Assembly: GCA_030704615.1 (NCBI GenBank)
Contig: CM060734.1
Span: 1,922,001-1,986,000 of the forward strand
DNA length: 64,000 nucleotides
Source of the DNA: Takakia lepidozioides
Lineage: Eukaryota > Plantae > Bryophyta
Direction: 5' to 3'
Position numbers and translations under genes: made by a program. Shown here in pieces: positions 1 through 12,159 of this stretch (position 1 is its first letter; every line of letters starts with the position of its first letter). The notes below the pieces were generated by a model. The model was not told the origin of the DNA. It did not search any database and saw nothing but the letters and a program-made list of their open reading frames with translations.

Positions 1-379
1 GGTGGTTGCCATCTATGACTCATGTGTAGCAAGAGGGGAGTGGGTGTATTGGCATGATACTAGTGGGTTGCGAACCAATAGTTGTGGACAAAGCTCGTTG
101 GCACTTATCGATGGTTATTTGCATTAGGTGGACTTCGCAGATGTAGAGACACTTTCCAGCCTTCAGGTCATAAGTTTTCTGGATGACAATCGATTGTTTA
201 TTGAAGCCCCACTCCTTCTGCAAGCACCGCTCAAGGCAAAGTTCCATGTAGACGTCAGGAGATCCTTGGAGCTATACAGCCAAGCAGCAACCACCAAGGC
301 CATTAATTTGTTGGTGCATATTCACATCATTTAGGAGTTTTTGTGTCTCTAACAAGAACCCCCTGTCTGTCATAATCAT

Positions 380-800
380 ACCTTGAGAAGTTCGGCATCA
401 ACATAATTTGTTGCTAGCTACTAGTAGTGTCTAAGTTCCTGTTCTTGGGGATCCCATAGAGCAATACACCATGTCCAGTAGATAACAAATCACAGGAAGG
501 CATATAACCTGATCCACTGTCAGGCTTACCCAACGTTGCCAACACTGACATCAACCAATGTCAAGAAGATATCCCCTACTCTGCTAGAAAGTTCGTCCTT
601 CATATGTACAGCAGTTTGCGAAACAGAACATTTGTGAGAGGATCATCAATTACCTCAAGTGGGTCAGTTGATGCCAACACGAAGGACGAGTGAGCTCATA
701 ATAAGCAGTTCGATGGACTCTTGAGGCTCCATAATCTGTTCACTTAGCCCTCCAACAGCAGAGTAACTCACATTCCTTGCGTCCTCGCATGGGCCTTGAG
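380..800 (-). pseudogene. Degenerate fragment of 26S proteasome AAA-ATPase subunit (RPT4-like)
   Basis: ORF 664..855 reads '[36 protein letters not shown]', matching RPT4 '[39 protein letters not shown]'. A decayed 'GVLLYG.P..G..TLL...A..VDAELLK' Walker-A segment lies at about 380-470. Frameshifted. Confidence 0.7.
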
Positions 801-2402
801 AACTAAAGAATGTTCGAAGTACATGCTCGAGGGGATTATCAAACATGATCTGCAAGTTTCTGGTTATACCTCAATCCCACCTCAATAACTCCTCGGACCA
901 CAGATCTCTCTAGCTACACATACTTGACTTCAGAACTAGGTCCTAAGTACCACCCAGTCAGGAATTCCCAATGAGACGTTTAAACCATAGTACGATGTCC
1001 GATGATCTGCATGCCAAATTTCCTGCCATGAGCACCAAAAAGGTGTGTAGATTCATCCGACACTACTGTAAGTACATGGAGTGCCGTCAACTTTCTTCTA
1101 TGGTAAATGACATGTGAGGTAGCGTTGGTTGTGGATGCACCAAGTGATTTTGGTCAAAGCACATCACGTGCTCCACACATGAGGAGAGTGGTACTGATCC
1201 AACACAGGCAGTCTGAAAAGCCAAGCTAAAGCAACTGCGCTCTTCAGGTGGTGCTCAGTACACCGCAGGAACCAATATTCAGCAGGTATGAATTTTTCCT
1301 GGATTAAGATTTGATAATGTCCAATAGAGTGAGGGGAGAGAGATGGTGAGTGCAGAGTTAAGCCACATTTGCTTGAAGAATGGATGCTAACAATATGCCT
1401 TTATTGCATTTAGGTGAAGTGTTCCATTGTTATTTATTAAGGGAATGGTTGGGAAGCGTTGTAGATTTTGAGATGGTCATTTTTAACTCACAGTTGTGGG
1501 TATTTTGGACTTGCAGGCAGTGGGTAGAGTGGTGGATGAGCAGCACATGGAGAGAGGTCTGCACATGGAAGATCAATGTCAAGTCCATATCAGCCCCTAT
1601 GCCCAGTTATATTGCTTCCCCTTGTGCTCAATACCTCTACATTCTTTTGTACTGGAACCAAAGACTGATTGAAAAGCACATGGACAGAGGTCTGCACAGG
1701 AAGATCACTACCAAGTCCATATTAGCCCATACGCAAGTCACCACTTGTAGCAGACCTCTAACCTGCTTCATGACTGGTGATTCCCTTGTTCCTCAGATGT
1801 GGGAATCATGCAGAACATAATTCATCAACTAAGTTCTTTAAATCTTCCTCTTTGTTGCGGGATACTCAGATTGCAAACAACACGAGCAAAATGAAAACAC
1901 GGGGCTATGAAAAGAAGTAAGCAGATCGGATGGTCGTCCAGGACCATATTCAAATTCCAAAAGCTGCAAGAAATGGAAAACAACAAAATGCAGGTCAACT
2001 TCTCATGTATCCAGGTTTTGCCGTGGACTCACTCACTCAATCACTGAGATTTAAATTAACTTAAGTCTGCAATATGACTGGTTACTCAAAATTTGGTTCT
2101 CAGTGTGAGTAAAATTGATTAAATTGATGTCTCTAAACCGAAACTCTAGGTCAAATAGATATAAAAGCTGGTTTAAGGCACTGTGTACTGGAGAAAAACC
2201 AACCACCACAGTCACAAAGGTCTAGATCGGCCACATCCTAAAGCATCGACTGCCTGTTTCGCAGCTGTTGAATGGCTTCTAGTGGGTTTGGCACAATCAC
2301 GTCTGGATACTTCTGCTTAAAATCCTACAAATGCACAAGCACCAGATCAGCAACATGGCCAAAGAGTAAGTGAATTGGACTCCCAATGGAGGTTTACTAT
2401 TT

Positions 2403-2495
2403 CATGAGCAGAAACCATGAGCCATGAGCCATGAGCCGCATGAGCCGCATGAGCGGTGAGCCGAAGTCTAAGATACGCGGATTTCATGAGCGGAC
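2403..2495 (+). repeat. Left subterminal CATGAGC heptamer array of the MULE
   Basis: catgagc/catgagccg repeated about 6 times; mirrored as gctcatg at 7870-7936. Confidence 0.9.
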
Positions 2496-3241
2496 TCCTC
2501 CAAATTTGGAAATGCGGCAGATTAAACAAGTATTAAAATAATAGTTTTTTTATTTGACATTGCCGTTTTTGGACGTTCCAGATCATGTAATGCGGCGAAG
2601 ATATGTCGTCAGTAACAAGTCCGCTCATGGTTTTATAGATCCGCTCATGGAAATAAGTGACCGTGCAACGGGAAATCCAGTATACCACTGCAAAAGGACG
2701 TCGCATACTGGCCTGTATAGAGTATTCCGCGGTTTTACATGCCTTAACATTGGAATGAAGCTGACCCTTTTGCCGCGATTGAACCAATGGAGTCTGCACC
2801 AATACAGTCTGCAGTACTTCACAATTCTGTCTTCTTCGGGTATTCGGCGGGAAAGGTTTGCAACTGAACTGGGAAATAAGGTGCCGCATTAGGGTTTGCA
2901 CGTGCGAAATTTTGGAGCGGTTTGGTGTTGGCGAAGGCCGCCTCTACCAGTACCTACGACGATACTTGGAAATGCAGCACCGCATTTCCTTGTCGGAGGT
3001 CGAATGAGGAAAGCAAGATTTCGGAAAGCAGAAAAACATGAACCCTCCAACATACAAAAATACATGCACGTGGAAACAAGTGAACGATATAGTAATATCT
3101 TAGTTCGAGCAAAACAGGTTACTGGTAGGCAAGACATATGTCGGACCTTTCTGTGGCCAGAGTCTGAGGTACTGGCAGCAGTACAGTTCTACTATCCGAA
3201 AAAGGATGGGCGTACCATTGTATGGGGACCGCAAGCCAAGC

Positions 3242-5400
3242 TCACTGGTCCCCTGGATCCATATTCAGAAGAGTGTGAACCTCCTGGGGGCTCAACCCTG
3301 GTGCATGTATGAAGTGATGAGTTGTGGAATTACAACGGAGTCTCTTTAGGTACACATAGTACAAATGCTTGCAAGGGCAGTATGATGCCCCCTTGTTCGC
3401 CATGATCTGGAAGTCGGTGCAATTGCAGGTGGGTAATTCTGAAATGGTGATGGTGTACACCTCATTGCGAACAGCTGAGCCCGCCGTGGCCATCTGATAC
3501 ACACGCCCGAATCCTGGTGGGGGCACTTCTGTCGAGCTCTGGATTGTACAGTTCATCCGAAGTGCATTCCCCATCCTTGTCTCGTTCACTTTTGAGGGAG
3601 GTCGCCGCCTCTTCGGTTTCCCCCAACGGTGTGTAGGATGCTTAGAGCTGTCGTGTCCCATTGTTCTTGCTCTCACAGGGGTCGGTGGTGGAGGCTGTGG
3701 AAGCGGAAATGGTTCTCTGGGGACGTCAGTGCGCTGCACCATCCGAAATCCTGCGGCGGTAAGGGCGTCGGCCTCAACTTGACTCAGATCGCAGCCTGGT
3801 TCCACCGGCCACACCGGGGGAGCCTCTGGCATTGTTTGTATGCCGTACTTGGGCTTTCCATACACGCAAGTCATAATGTCGTGCCTGCAGAACTAGAACT
3901 GGGTGGTTGTCGCCTCCGCAAACTTTGCATGGACAAATCTTCCTGTAAAAGTAGGAGCAGGGACAGCCCCATCTGGATTCCTCCTTATCATCTCTAAACA
4001 ACGTTGCCGTGTATCCACACGAATTGCGGAACACCTTCCTCGAAACGACGGCTTTGTGCGAGCAATTCTCAGATTGGTTGTCTCCACTGCACCTAACGTG
4101 TTCCACCAAGCCTCGATGATAGCAAACTTAACCTCCGCGTCATCAAATGTGGGTGCATCCTTCCACGCCGTACAAAGGACACGGTGTTCAGCCTGGAATG
4201 AGCTAGCAACAAATTTGGTAGTGTAGTGGGATAGACTCTGCATCCAATGGAATCCACAGGATCTCTCTTTCCCCTCCATTGGAACATTGGGGTCCTCACC
4301 GTACACACGCTGCACCGCTGCCCAGTTGGCCTGAGCGTTGCCTGCCATGAATCCCCTGAAATTGGGCTCTGGCAATCCCGCCCTTGCCATCTGCTCGTTT
4401 ATGCCCTCCCACAGATGCATCTTGGACTGTGTGTCCTCCCCTTTCATCTCGCAGATTGCAATCGTCATGAGCCTCTTGGAGTGATAGTCATAAACATGCG
4501 CACCCATAGTCACCCACTGATGGTTTGTAATTCGCTTGATGTGATCAAACATCACCCAAGCATTCGACAAGTTTCCAGTTGTCATGCGAGTGACCAAGTC
4601 GACTCCACTCCCAGGCCCACACGTCGACATTTTGAAAATGTAACAACGATCGGATTCGCTGCCTTGCCCTGGAAACCTGCTACCTTGGATGTAGTCATAT
4701 CCAGTCATTCGTTTCACCTCCAGGATTGAGTACATGTCCGACCCCCTGCCGAACTCCTGCTTGCAAGATACGATGTGATTCCGCACATTCGGACTACAAA
4801 CGTGCGAGACGGACTCCAAGAGGTCACGCATCTCGTCTTCGGTCAAGGGCTCTCGGTCGGAACCATCTTCAGACATGATTTTGCCAAGAGCAATCTTATG
4901 GGCTGCCTTCAGCTGAATCTGCTTTGGTCTGGCTCCGGGGCTCAATTTCACCTCCTCTTTTATGATGTCGTGTGCTTCCTACACAGCCTCACGCATGTTG
5001 CCTCTCACCAAGGGGTGGCAGTGGACCCCAACGTGTATGCAAGCTCTAGTCAAGTCCGGGAGCAAATGGATAACGTAATATTGCTTGGCTCTGCACATGG
5101 ACATGCACGTCGGTGGTTCTTTGCAATGTGCACACTTGAAAGAACCCGTAGGAGCTTGGCTGGAGACAATGAATGGATGATGCGTTGTGCCAGTCCAATC
5201 CGTCTCGTTTCTCCGCCCTCCTTTGGAGAGAAAGTGGAAGTAGGTGGGATTGAGGCACCTCAGCTTCCCCGCACAGAGGACATATCGTACACGAACACCA
5301 TCAGCAATTTTCGTGCTACTGGTCTTCGTCACACACCAGTCGCCGCATTTGCAATGCCAACCTCGTTGTCTGTCCAATTTATAGACCCGTGTTGGTATTT
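3242..5400 (-). pseudogene. MULE transposase (Cys/His-rich N-terminus, DDE core, C-terminal SWIM finger)
   Basis: ORFs 4979..5530, 3893..4951 and 3242..3874 are one frame broken by two TAG stops. Motifs: VMFDHIKR, FMAGNAQANW (expected D altered), CGFHW, and SWIM CNCTDF...CPCKHLYYV. The catalytic E region appears to be missing after 'VETTNLR'. Confidence 0.85.
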
Positions 5401-5412
5401 CGTGTACCTGGA

Positions 5413-5546
5413 CGGAAATGATGCACCGCATTTCATTGTCCGACACTGAAATGCGGTTCATACATTTCCATGTCGGCATGGAAATTTGGCACCGCATTTC
5501 CTTGTCCGACATGGAAATGCGCCACCGCATTTCGATGCCGACATGG
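5413..5546. repeat. Tandem ~33-bp quasi-palindromic repeats (GAAATGCGG..CCGCATTTC) upstream of the transposase
   Basis: Four units such as ggaaatgcgccaccgcatttc followed by tgtccgacat; dispersed copies near 2509, 2871, 2968 and 6650. Confidence 0.8.
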
Positions 5547-5789
5547 CGTTACTCTGGTATATTCTTGACACATGACTCACATACCGGTTACTCTGCTATA
5601 TTCATCCGGACAGACACATTGTAGAAATGAGACATCAAATTGTAAACAGTGGGCCAATTCCGACAGTTATTCAACAGAATGAAACACAATCACACAGAAG
5701 TGAGGTACGATGGGTTTATTGATCGGACACGATGTCTCACATTTACCAACTGCAGACAAAACTAAGCCCTTCCTCCTTCTATATGGGCT

Positions 5790-6368
5790 TCACCAAGTCG
5801 ACGGAACTTCGATACCCTTGAAAACAAGCTCATCACTACTGCGGCACCTCGAGGTAAACTGCAATTCGGTCGTTATGCTGCCCTTGCTGGAGCCGACGAC
5901 AATGTCATGTCCATCAATGATACCACCATCATACATTGACAAGGTCACTGTGGGCCTCATGTGCCTGTGCGATTCGTCTTCGCAACTCAGCCGAATGTCT
6001 CCATACACTGGAAGAGCGGAGTGATCTGCACGTATATAGTTTTCCCCGGTGCCGTCCTCCCTGGTCCACTGGCAGCAGTTCCAGCGCCAAAGCGAGGCCG
6101 TGCGTGATCTGTCCGGCATCCCTTTCCAGCTTGGTATATCGAGGTCAACAATTTTCAGGACCCACGGACCGCATTGACCCTCGCCCTCACCTCGCTCAAA
6201 GCGGTAATAGCCCTCTAGATACTCCATTGCGCGCAAAGACTCTTGCTTGATTCCAGCAGCGTCTGTGAAAACAGAGAGCCAGACAATGATGTCTCCCGAT
6301 TCTGGTTTGAACATAGCATAATCGTGGCCATGATAAGGGCAGTCGGCTGGATTTCGGCGGCACGACAT
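5790..6368 (-). CDS. MULE accessory protein, paralog 1 (unknown family, ~192 aa from MSCRRNPADCP)
   Basis: Uninterrupted ORF that aligns end to end with 6925-7487 (DYAM..SGDI.W, EY..G.Y.FERG, PW.L.I.D, RWNCC.WT, P.YGDIR, DGG.I.G.DIVV, EVP). Confidence 0.75.
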   Translation of the reverse strand: MSCRRNPADCPYHGHDYAMFKPESGDIIVWLSVFTDAAGIKQESLRAMEYLEGYYRFERGEGEGQCGPWVLKIVDLDIPSWKGMPDRSRTASLWRWNCCQWTREDGTGENYIRADHSALPVYGDIRLSCEDESHRHMRPTVTLSMYDGGIIDGHDIVVGSSKGSITTELQFTSRCRSSDELVFKGIEVPSTW

Positions 6369-6924
6369 CCTTGAAAAAGAGTAGCGGAGTACGCTCAATG
6401 ACATCAGCTCCCGGATGGAGGAGGAGCAGCGCGGTGGCTGGAAAAAGTTCAAGCTAACGCTGCAATTCCTCACAAACACTCCAGGGCACATTTAAATTTC
6501 CCCCCTACAGGATCCTGGACCGATGAAGATTGGCTGCTTCATGAATGTAGCCGTTTCAGTTTCCTACCCTGCCATGCAAACTATGGGCACTCACTGCCAG
6601 GTGGGCCGATAGCCACTGGACACGACGAAGTCCATCCCCTCTTCGATGTAAATGCGGCGCCGAATTTCCATCCGGGGGGATGGACTTCGGTGGCAGATCT
6701 CAAACTATAACTTGTTGATGAGAAAGATGTATGGGTTCATCCACCGCCGGCGTGATGAACACATTCCACCTCCGTCGGTGGGTACGTGGGACCCAGATGC
6801 TCCATTATTGGAGGCCGGACTACTCTTCCGCTTCGCATCATTTCCAAAATCTAAGGGCTTCGTAGCTGTCCGCAAGGTCATTGTCATCTGCATCCAAGTC
6901 GTCCTCAGGTCCTCCTTTGCAAGG

Positions 6925-7487
6925 ATGCCATGCTTCCAGAACCGGGACGACTGCCCATTGGAGGCATCGATTATGCAATGTATTCGGCCACATCGGGAGA
7001 CATTGTTATCTGGTACACAGATTATAGAGAAGATACTGGTTCGATTGTGGAAACATTGGTGGCTTTTGAGTATATCCTAGGCCACTACGCCTTCGAGCGG
7101 GGTGACGATCTTGGTCTGAGGAGTCCGTGGCTCCTGCGCATCCTCGATTCCGATTTTCCCAGCTATGACGGTCACCCATGCAGAAGAAGGCGCACTGCTA
7201 TGCTGTTGCGGTGGAACTGCTGCCACTGGACGTGGGTGGACTCCATCGGAGAGACCTATTCTCCTCAAGGAGTGCGCTCCTCTTCTCCATTGTATGGGGA
7301 CATTCGCATTGGTGTGGACGACGAAAACGTGAAGATTTCCATATTCGATGGTGGTATGATTGAAGGGCAGGACATTGTGGTGAACATCACTAGGGGCGGT
7401 ACAACGGCTGCAATCGACTTTACATGGAGGAGCCCCATGACTCATGAGCTAGTTGTGAGAGCAGTCGAAGTCCCATTGACAACGTGA
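6925..7487 (+). CDS. MULE accessory protein, paralog 2 (1-nt frameshift near 6957)
   Basis: MPCFQNRDDCP/..GGIDYAMY matches paralog 1 MSCRRNPADCPYHGHDYAMF. Both ATGs are preceded by CAAGG. Confidence 0.72.
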
Positions 7488-7869
7488 CTTGTATTCAGTA
7501 GGCACGGGGCTAAAGATTTGATTGCACAATCAGCACAGTAGACGTGCTTCAAATGCAATTCATGTGGATCAATAAAAACCTCATTGTGCCCTCTTTTTAT
7601 TCTATTCTGTGTCCATCGTTCCCAGAATGCGTCATTGCTCATTTCGTTTGGGATTGGGAGTGTGGGTGGATTTTGCAAGTGGCTGGTAGGCTGAAATGGG
7701 CCCCCATTGTACAGAGCAGTACCACCCTACCATTCGCGAAACATTGCCTTTCAATATATAATTCTAAATAACATTGCCGAACCTCCTTCATCGGGAGGTC
7801 GTTCTCCCCCTATGACCGTGGCACCCTAAACCCTATTCCCGCGGACACTCATTTCCGGAAAATAGTGTT

Positions 7870-7950
7870 GCTCATGTTTTTTTCCACACTTACGACTCTG
7901 CTCATGGCTCATGCCGCTCATGGCTCATGGCTCATGAAATAGCAGCCCCC
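7870..7950 (-). repeat. Right subterminal heptamer array and TIR of the MULE
   Basis: gctcatg repeats ending gctcatgaaatagcagccccc. Confidence 0.9.
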
Positions 7951-8334
7951 CTCCCAATGTACCCATTTACATGCTTAATCCTAAAGCAGTCACTGTATCC
8001 ACAGCCTCAAAATATGTACATAGCCTCGGCCTACAACTTTTATGTTGTATGCACCCATTTAGCAAAGGTTCCTGGGAGCTATACTTGAGGCCAGGAAAAC
8101 CACCCGGCGCCTACACAGCCTGCAAACCACATTCCTCTAGGTAGGACAATAGCGACATAGCCTCCCTACAATGGAGTAGTGTAGTCCGTATCTTTGTACC
8201 ATTATTTGGGCACTTTTCTTAGGCAACTAGAATGTCAAAAAGAGAGTAAGAAGAAACATACAAACAAGTCTCAGAATTTTCTCCATACTTACAAGGTGAA
8301 GGTAGCCAAAAAAGAGGCCCTGATTCGATTTGTT

Positions 8335-9560
8335 CTACATTCCTTCCTCTTCATCATCATCATGCTCCTCCTCCTCCTCCTCCTCCTCCTCCTCGTCTTT
8401 TAATGTTGCTTCATCCTCATCTGCATCGTCGTCATCTGTTTCTTCCTCCTCTCCCTCCTCTTCCTCCTCATCCTCACCATCTTCTGTTTCTTCCTCCTCT
8501 CCCTCATCTCCTCCATCATTGTTTGTCCCTTCTTCATCCTCCGTGTTTGCATTGTCGTCATTGTCTAGTTTCTTGTCTACACAACATGGAAACAAAGTAC
8601 ACGTCTTAGAGTCCAATTTGCATGTTGAATAGAAACATAGCATGAAATATTTGACAAGTGAACACTCACACTTTTCACTTTTCTTGTAGCGCTCGGTCGC
8701 TAAAGCACACGCTTTGGCACGAAGGGGATCCACGAATCTCCACTTCTCTATCTCTGCATTGACGTACGTCTTGACAAACTCTGCCTTTGTCAATGTCAAC
8801 GCCACCGATCTACAAAATATGTCACAAGGGTTAGTTTGAAATCGCACTGATTGGTGAACACATGTACGATACAAACAAGAAGTATGCAAAGGCAGAATAA
8901 TACCTTAGTTTGCAGCTTTCTTCCTCATGGGAGGTTAGCAAGCTGTTTGCCACCTCTTTTCGCACCTTGCGACGAGGCATCTTCCAGTAATCCTTGCCAT
9001 CCCTATAGATTATTTTCAACCATGCCAAGTCTTGCTTGTAACCCCTAATCGGTTTGTACTGAGCAAGTTTTTTCCTCACCCACTTACCAGTCGCATTCGC
9101 ACCCACAATATCATCGAAGGTCTTAGCTGATAAATCACCCCTTCCCCATTTGCGAATCCCGAAGTGGTCGTACACATCTTCATCGAACAATGTTGCCAAC
9201 AATGGTGCTCGCTTGTTCTTGCTTTCCATGGCCATAGAACCACCTTGTGCCATTTCCCACATTCGCTCCGCTTTCAATTTGAACCTGTAACGCGCCTTGT
9301 TGTCGTACACCCTCTTTCTCTTATCTGCATCCCCATAGATCTTCATGTTCATTCTATGGTAGTTCTATTTTCTCTTCTTCCCATCCGTAGGGCGACCAGG
9401 CTTACCTGGAAGGAAGCGAGGACCTCCACACTTTACCACAAGGTGGTTTTGGAAGTTATGTTTGTCCTTCCAACCCATGGAAGGTCCTTCGCCGCAGATC
9501 AAACAAAACCAATGTCCATTCTCCCGTTTGTAGTGCACCCCCTCTTGTGCAGACGATCCA
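8335..9560 (-). pseudogene. Orphan ORF remnant: BED/C2HC-like Zn finger, basic middle, very acidic tail
   Basis: The frame upstream of 9352 reads EGVHYKRENGHWFCLICGEGPSMGWKDKHNFQNHLVVKC, then a TAG, then ORF 8831..9352 and ORF 8335..8889 with a poly-E/D tail (GAG/GAR microsatellite 8340-8560). Confidence 0.45.
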
Positions 9561-10424
9561 CCTAAATAACATAGATAGTGGATGTGTGAAATTAGGCATA
9601 CCAGGGTTTTAGAAATGGAGATTCACCTACATGATGATACCTTTGTAAAGATATTTGTCTCTAGGCATCTATTATACTTCTATGTTAGCACTACACCTAT
9701 CCTGCACATAATGTTGATACCTCTGTACAGAAAAGACACCTTTTAATACCTTTGTGGAAGTAAAGACGTTGCATACAATCCAAGCAATAAAAGAATGAAA
9801 ATGTACTTGAAACTAGGAATCCCCTAGGAGTCCCAAGAGTTGTAAATAAGCATGAACTTACTTCCTTCCCCTCCTAGCACTCCTTGCCCTCCTCTTGTTA
9901 GCGCCAGTTCTGTCGAGGTAACAGAAGTTGGTACGACGTCACTGTTTGCTACAACAGACACAACCAAAGATGAAGGGGCTTCATGACGTCTTGACTTCAC
10001 TTTGATACGCTTCCCTGTTTTGTTGGATCTTCCCATGTTTAGATACCTTCCTGTCTCCTGAAAAAAACAATGTTGTTTGAAAAGCTCGGTGCTCCGAGCT
10101 CGTAGCACTGGACCCCTATTCCTATCTTCACAAAAAGACAATGTTGTTATAGGGCAGAGAACACACCCTGAAGTTGTCTATTGCTGCCTGCAAGTTCTTG
10201 AGATGTGGCTCTTTTTTTAGCAGATTGGCCAACAACCTAAGCTTGCAGAGACAATAAACACTCAACACTCACACTGACCATCAACCTAAACTTAATTCCA
10301 AGCATTACAGACCAGCCATGACACAAACACTAACCCCTTCACTCCAATTGTTCTTCATGTGTTTTGCTCACAGACTAGTTTACCAGTTAGGGCCTTCTTG
10401 CTCACATCTTCAAAGAATACAAGC

Positions 10425-11054
10425 AGCTTTGGCTGCTCACCGGGACATAACGGTCCCCCTTTCTTCCCCCAACAGACCCTCCACCAATTTGGGCCTAGTG
10501 GAAATTCCCTTTGGTAAATTGCAGTCCGGAATAGCTCCCCACTCCTTGGTCGCTTTCCGGCTCGCTCGCTTACTCACTAGTTTTTTGTCACCAACGGGCT
10601 TGCACCGTTCTCGGGGTTACTACTCCCTATATATACTTCTGTGACTGTCCGCGGGGGTTCCACAAACAACACCATCATTTTATGGCAAACCACCACGAAG
10701 ACCCTCGATTCCCGGTGATGAGTCGCGGTGAGTCTCGGCCCACCCACCACGGCCCCATTGGACCGTGATGAGTCCCAAGACTCCCCACAACTCCAACCCA
10801 CAAGGTCTCCGCCCCATGGTGAGTCCTATGCCACCCCCACTAAGTCCCGCTAAGCTACCACCACCCCTCGTGGAACCACCCCCACCGCAACCCGGTGTGC
10901 GGGGGCTCCACCTAGTGAGCGCCTCCGCCTCCTTGAGTGCCTTGGGCACTCAAGGGTGCTTCAGCCCTTGCATCTATTGTTGCCACCGCCCCCACCACAA
11001 GGGCAGCCCCTCTTGTGTCCCGACCCCCTGCCCTCAAGGCAAAGGGCCGCGACA
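10425..11054 (-). mobile_element. Truncated LTR of chromovirus family A
   Basis: Reverse complement of LTR 12160-12891. It starts TGTCGCGGCCC at 11054, lacks about the last 100 bp, and abuts the LINE RT. Confidence 0.9.
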
Positions 11055-12159
11055 GGTATCCTAGGTTAGCGGGCAAACCAACGTAAGAGTGGTTCTAGAA
11101 AAATAATGAAGAGGTATGGCTTAGGGTATCACCCTGGTAGTGCCACATAGAATAGGGATAGGAGGGGTGGATCCGTAGTAAGAACCAGAGTATTCAGTGG
11201 TACTATCAGTATAGATATTGCTGATAAGTTGGATGGCGTCTAGAGGATAGCCGAGGTTATCGAAAGTAGTCTGGCATGGTCTAAGGAGCCGAATGCGTTC
11301 TTAAAGTCAATATACAGAAGGTAGATATCATGTTTAGTAAGTTTAGCATCCTTGAGGGCTGATAATACATACTGGATTTGTCTGGTGGTACTGCGAGTGG
11401 CACGAAATCCCTCTTGAGGGTCGCTGAGGATACGGTGCTGCTCGCCGTAACTGGATAGCATGGTAGTTAGTGTGATAGTGAAGAGTTTATAGATAGTGTT
11501 TGCGAGGGCTATAGGTTTGTAGTTGTTAAGGTCTGTAGGGTCCCCTTTTTTGAATAATAAGATGGTACGGCTATGCTTGGAATGTGGTATCCTTTGTAGT
11601 TGATAGCAGAGTTTAAAGAATTTGAAGAGGAGGAGATGAAGTCGGGGGTCAAGTGCTTGGAGGATAGCATTTGGGATTAGGTTAGGACCAGGAGCTTTAG
11701 ATTTGGATAGGGCTTTTAGGCATGAGTTATATAGGTTAATTGTAAAGAGGTCTTGGATGTGATCAGAGGGGGAGCCTCGTCGGTCTAGTGTAAATCCGTC
11801 TAGGTCATGCCATGGGTAGTGCTTGACTTTACACATGCAATTTTGGTTGCGATGGTTTGGGTGTAAGCAGTTAGTGGTAGTGGGCGTGTAGGAGGCTGAA
11901 GCTTGGATCCATATCTCATTCTTGATGTCATCAGGTTTAGTTAATAAGTGGCCAAGCCTATGTTTGAGGCAGTCAATGGGTGGGTTTAGTGCAGGATTGA
12001 AGATGGCTTTGTGGGGATGGTCATGCAGTAGCTGGTTGAAGGAGGCAACAATTTTTTTGTGATTGTCCATGGCTTTTTGTTTGGTGATCATGTAAGCTGC
12101 TTTTTTGAATTCTCTGCCCAGTTTGGATAGGGCAGCAATCCAGGAGGGAAGAGTGGCGG
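11055..12159 (-). pseudogene. LINE ORF2 reverse transcriptase (3' part of the split LINE)
   Basis: KAPGPN.IP, LLFKKGDPTDLNNYKPIAL, QEGFR..RST, LLYIDFKNAFGSLDH, and RGTTQGDTLS near 11120-11145. Confidence 0.9.

Larger units (their letters stand above)
2389..7950 (-). mobile_element. Mutator-like element (MULE), full length, defective transposase
   Basis: 9-bp TSD CTCCCAATG at 2380-2388 and 7951-7959. Imperfect TIR GAGGTTTACTATTTCATGAGC versus reverse complement of the right end GGGGGCTGCTATTTCATGAGC. Internal MULE and SWIM transposase. Confidence 0.92.

Noticed and set aside
10577-11064. Pro/Gly-rich ORFs within A LTRs (also ~12300, 17400, 46600-47100)
   Set aside because: GC-rich LTR sequence whose frames are not conserved between copies.
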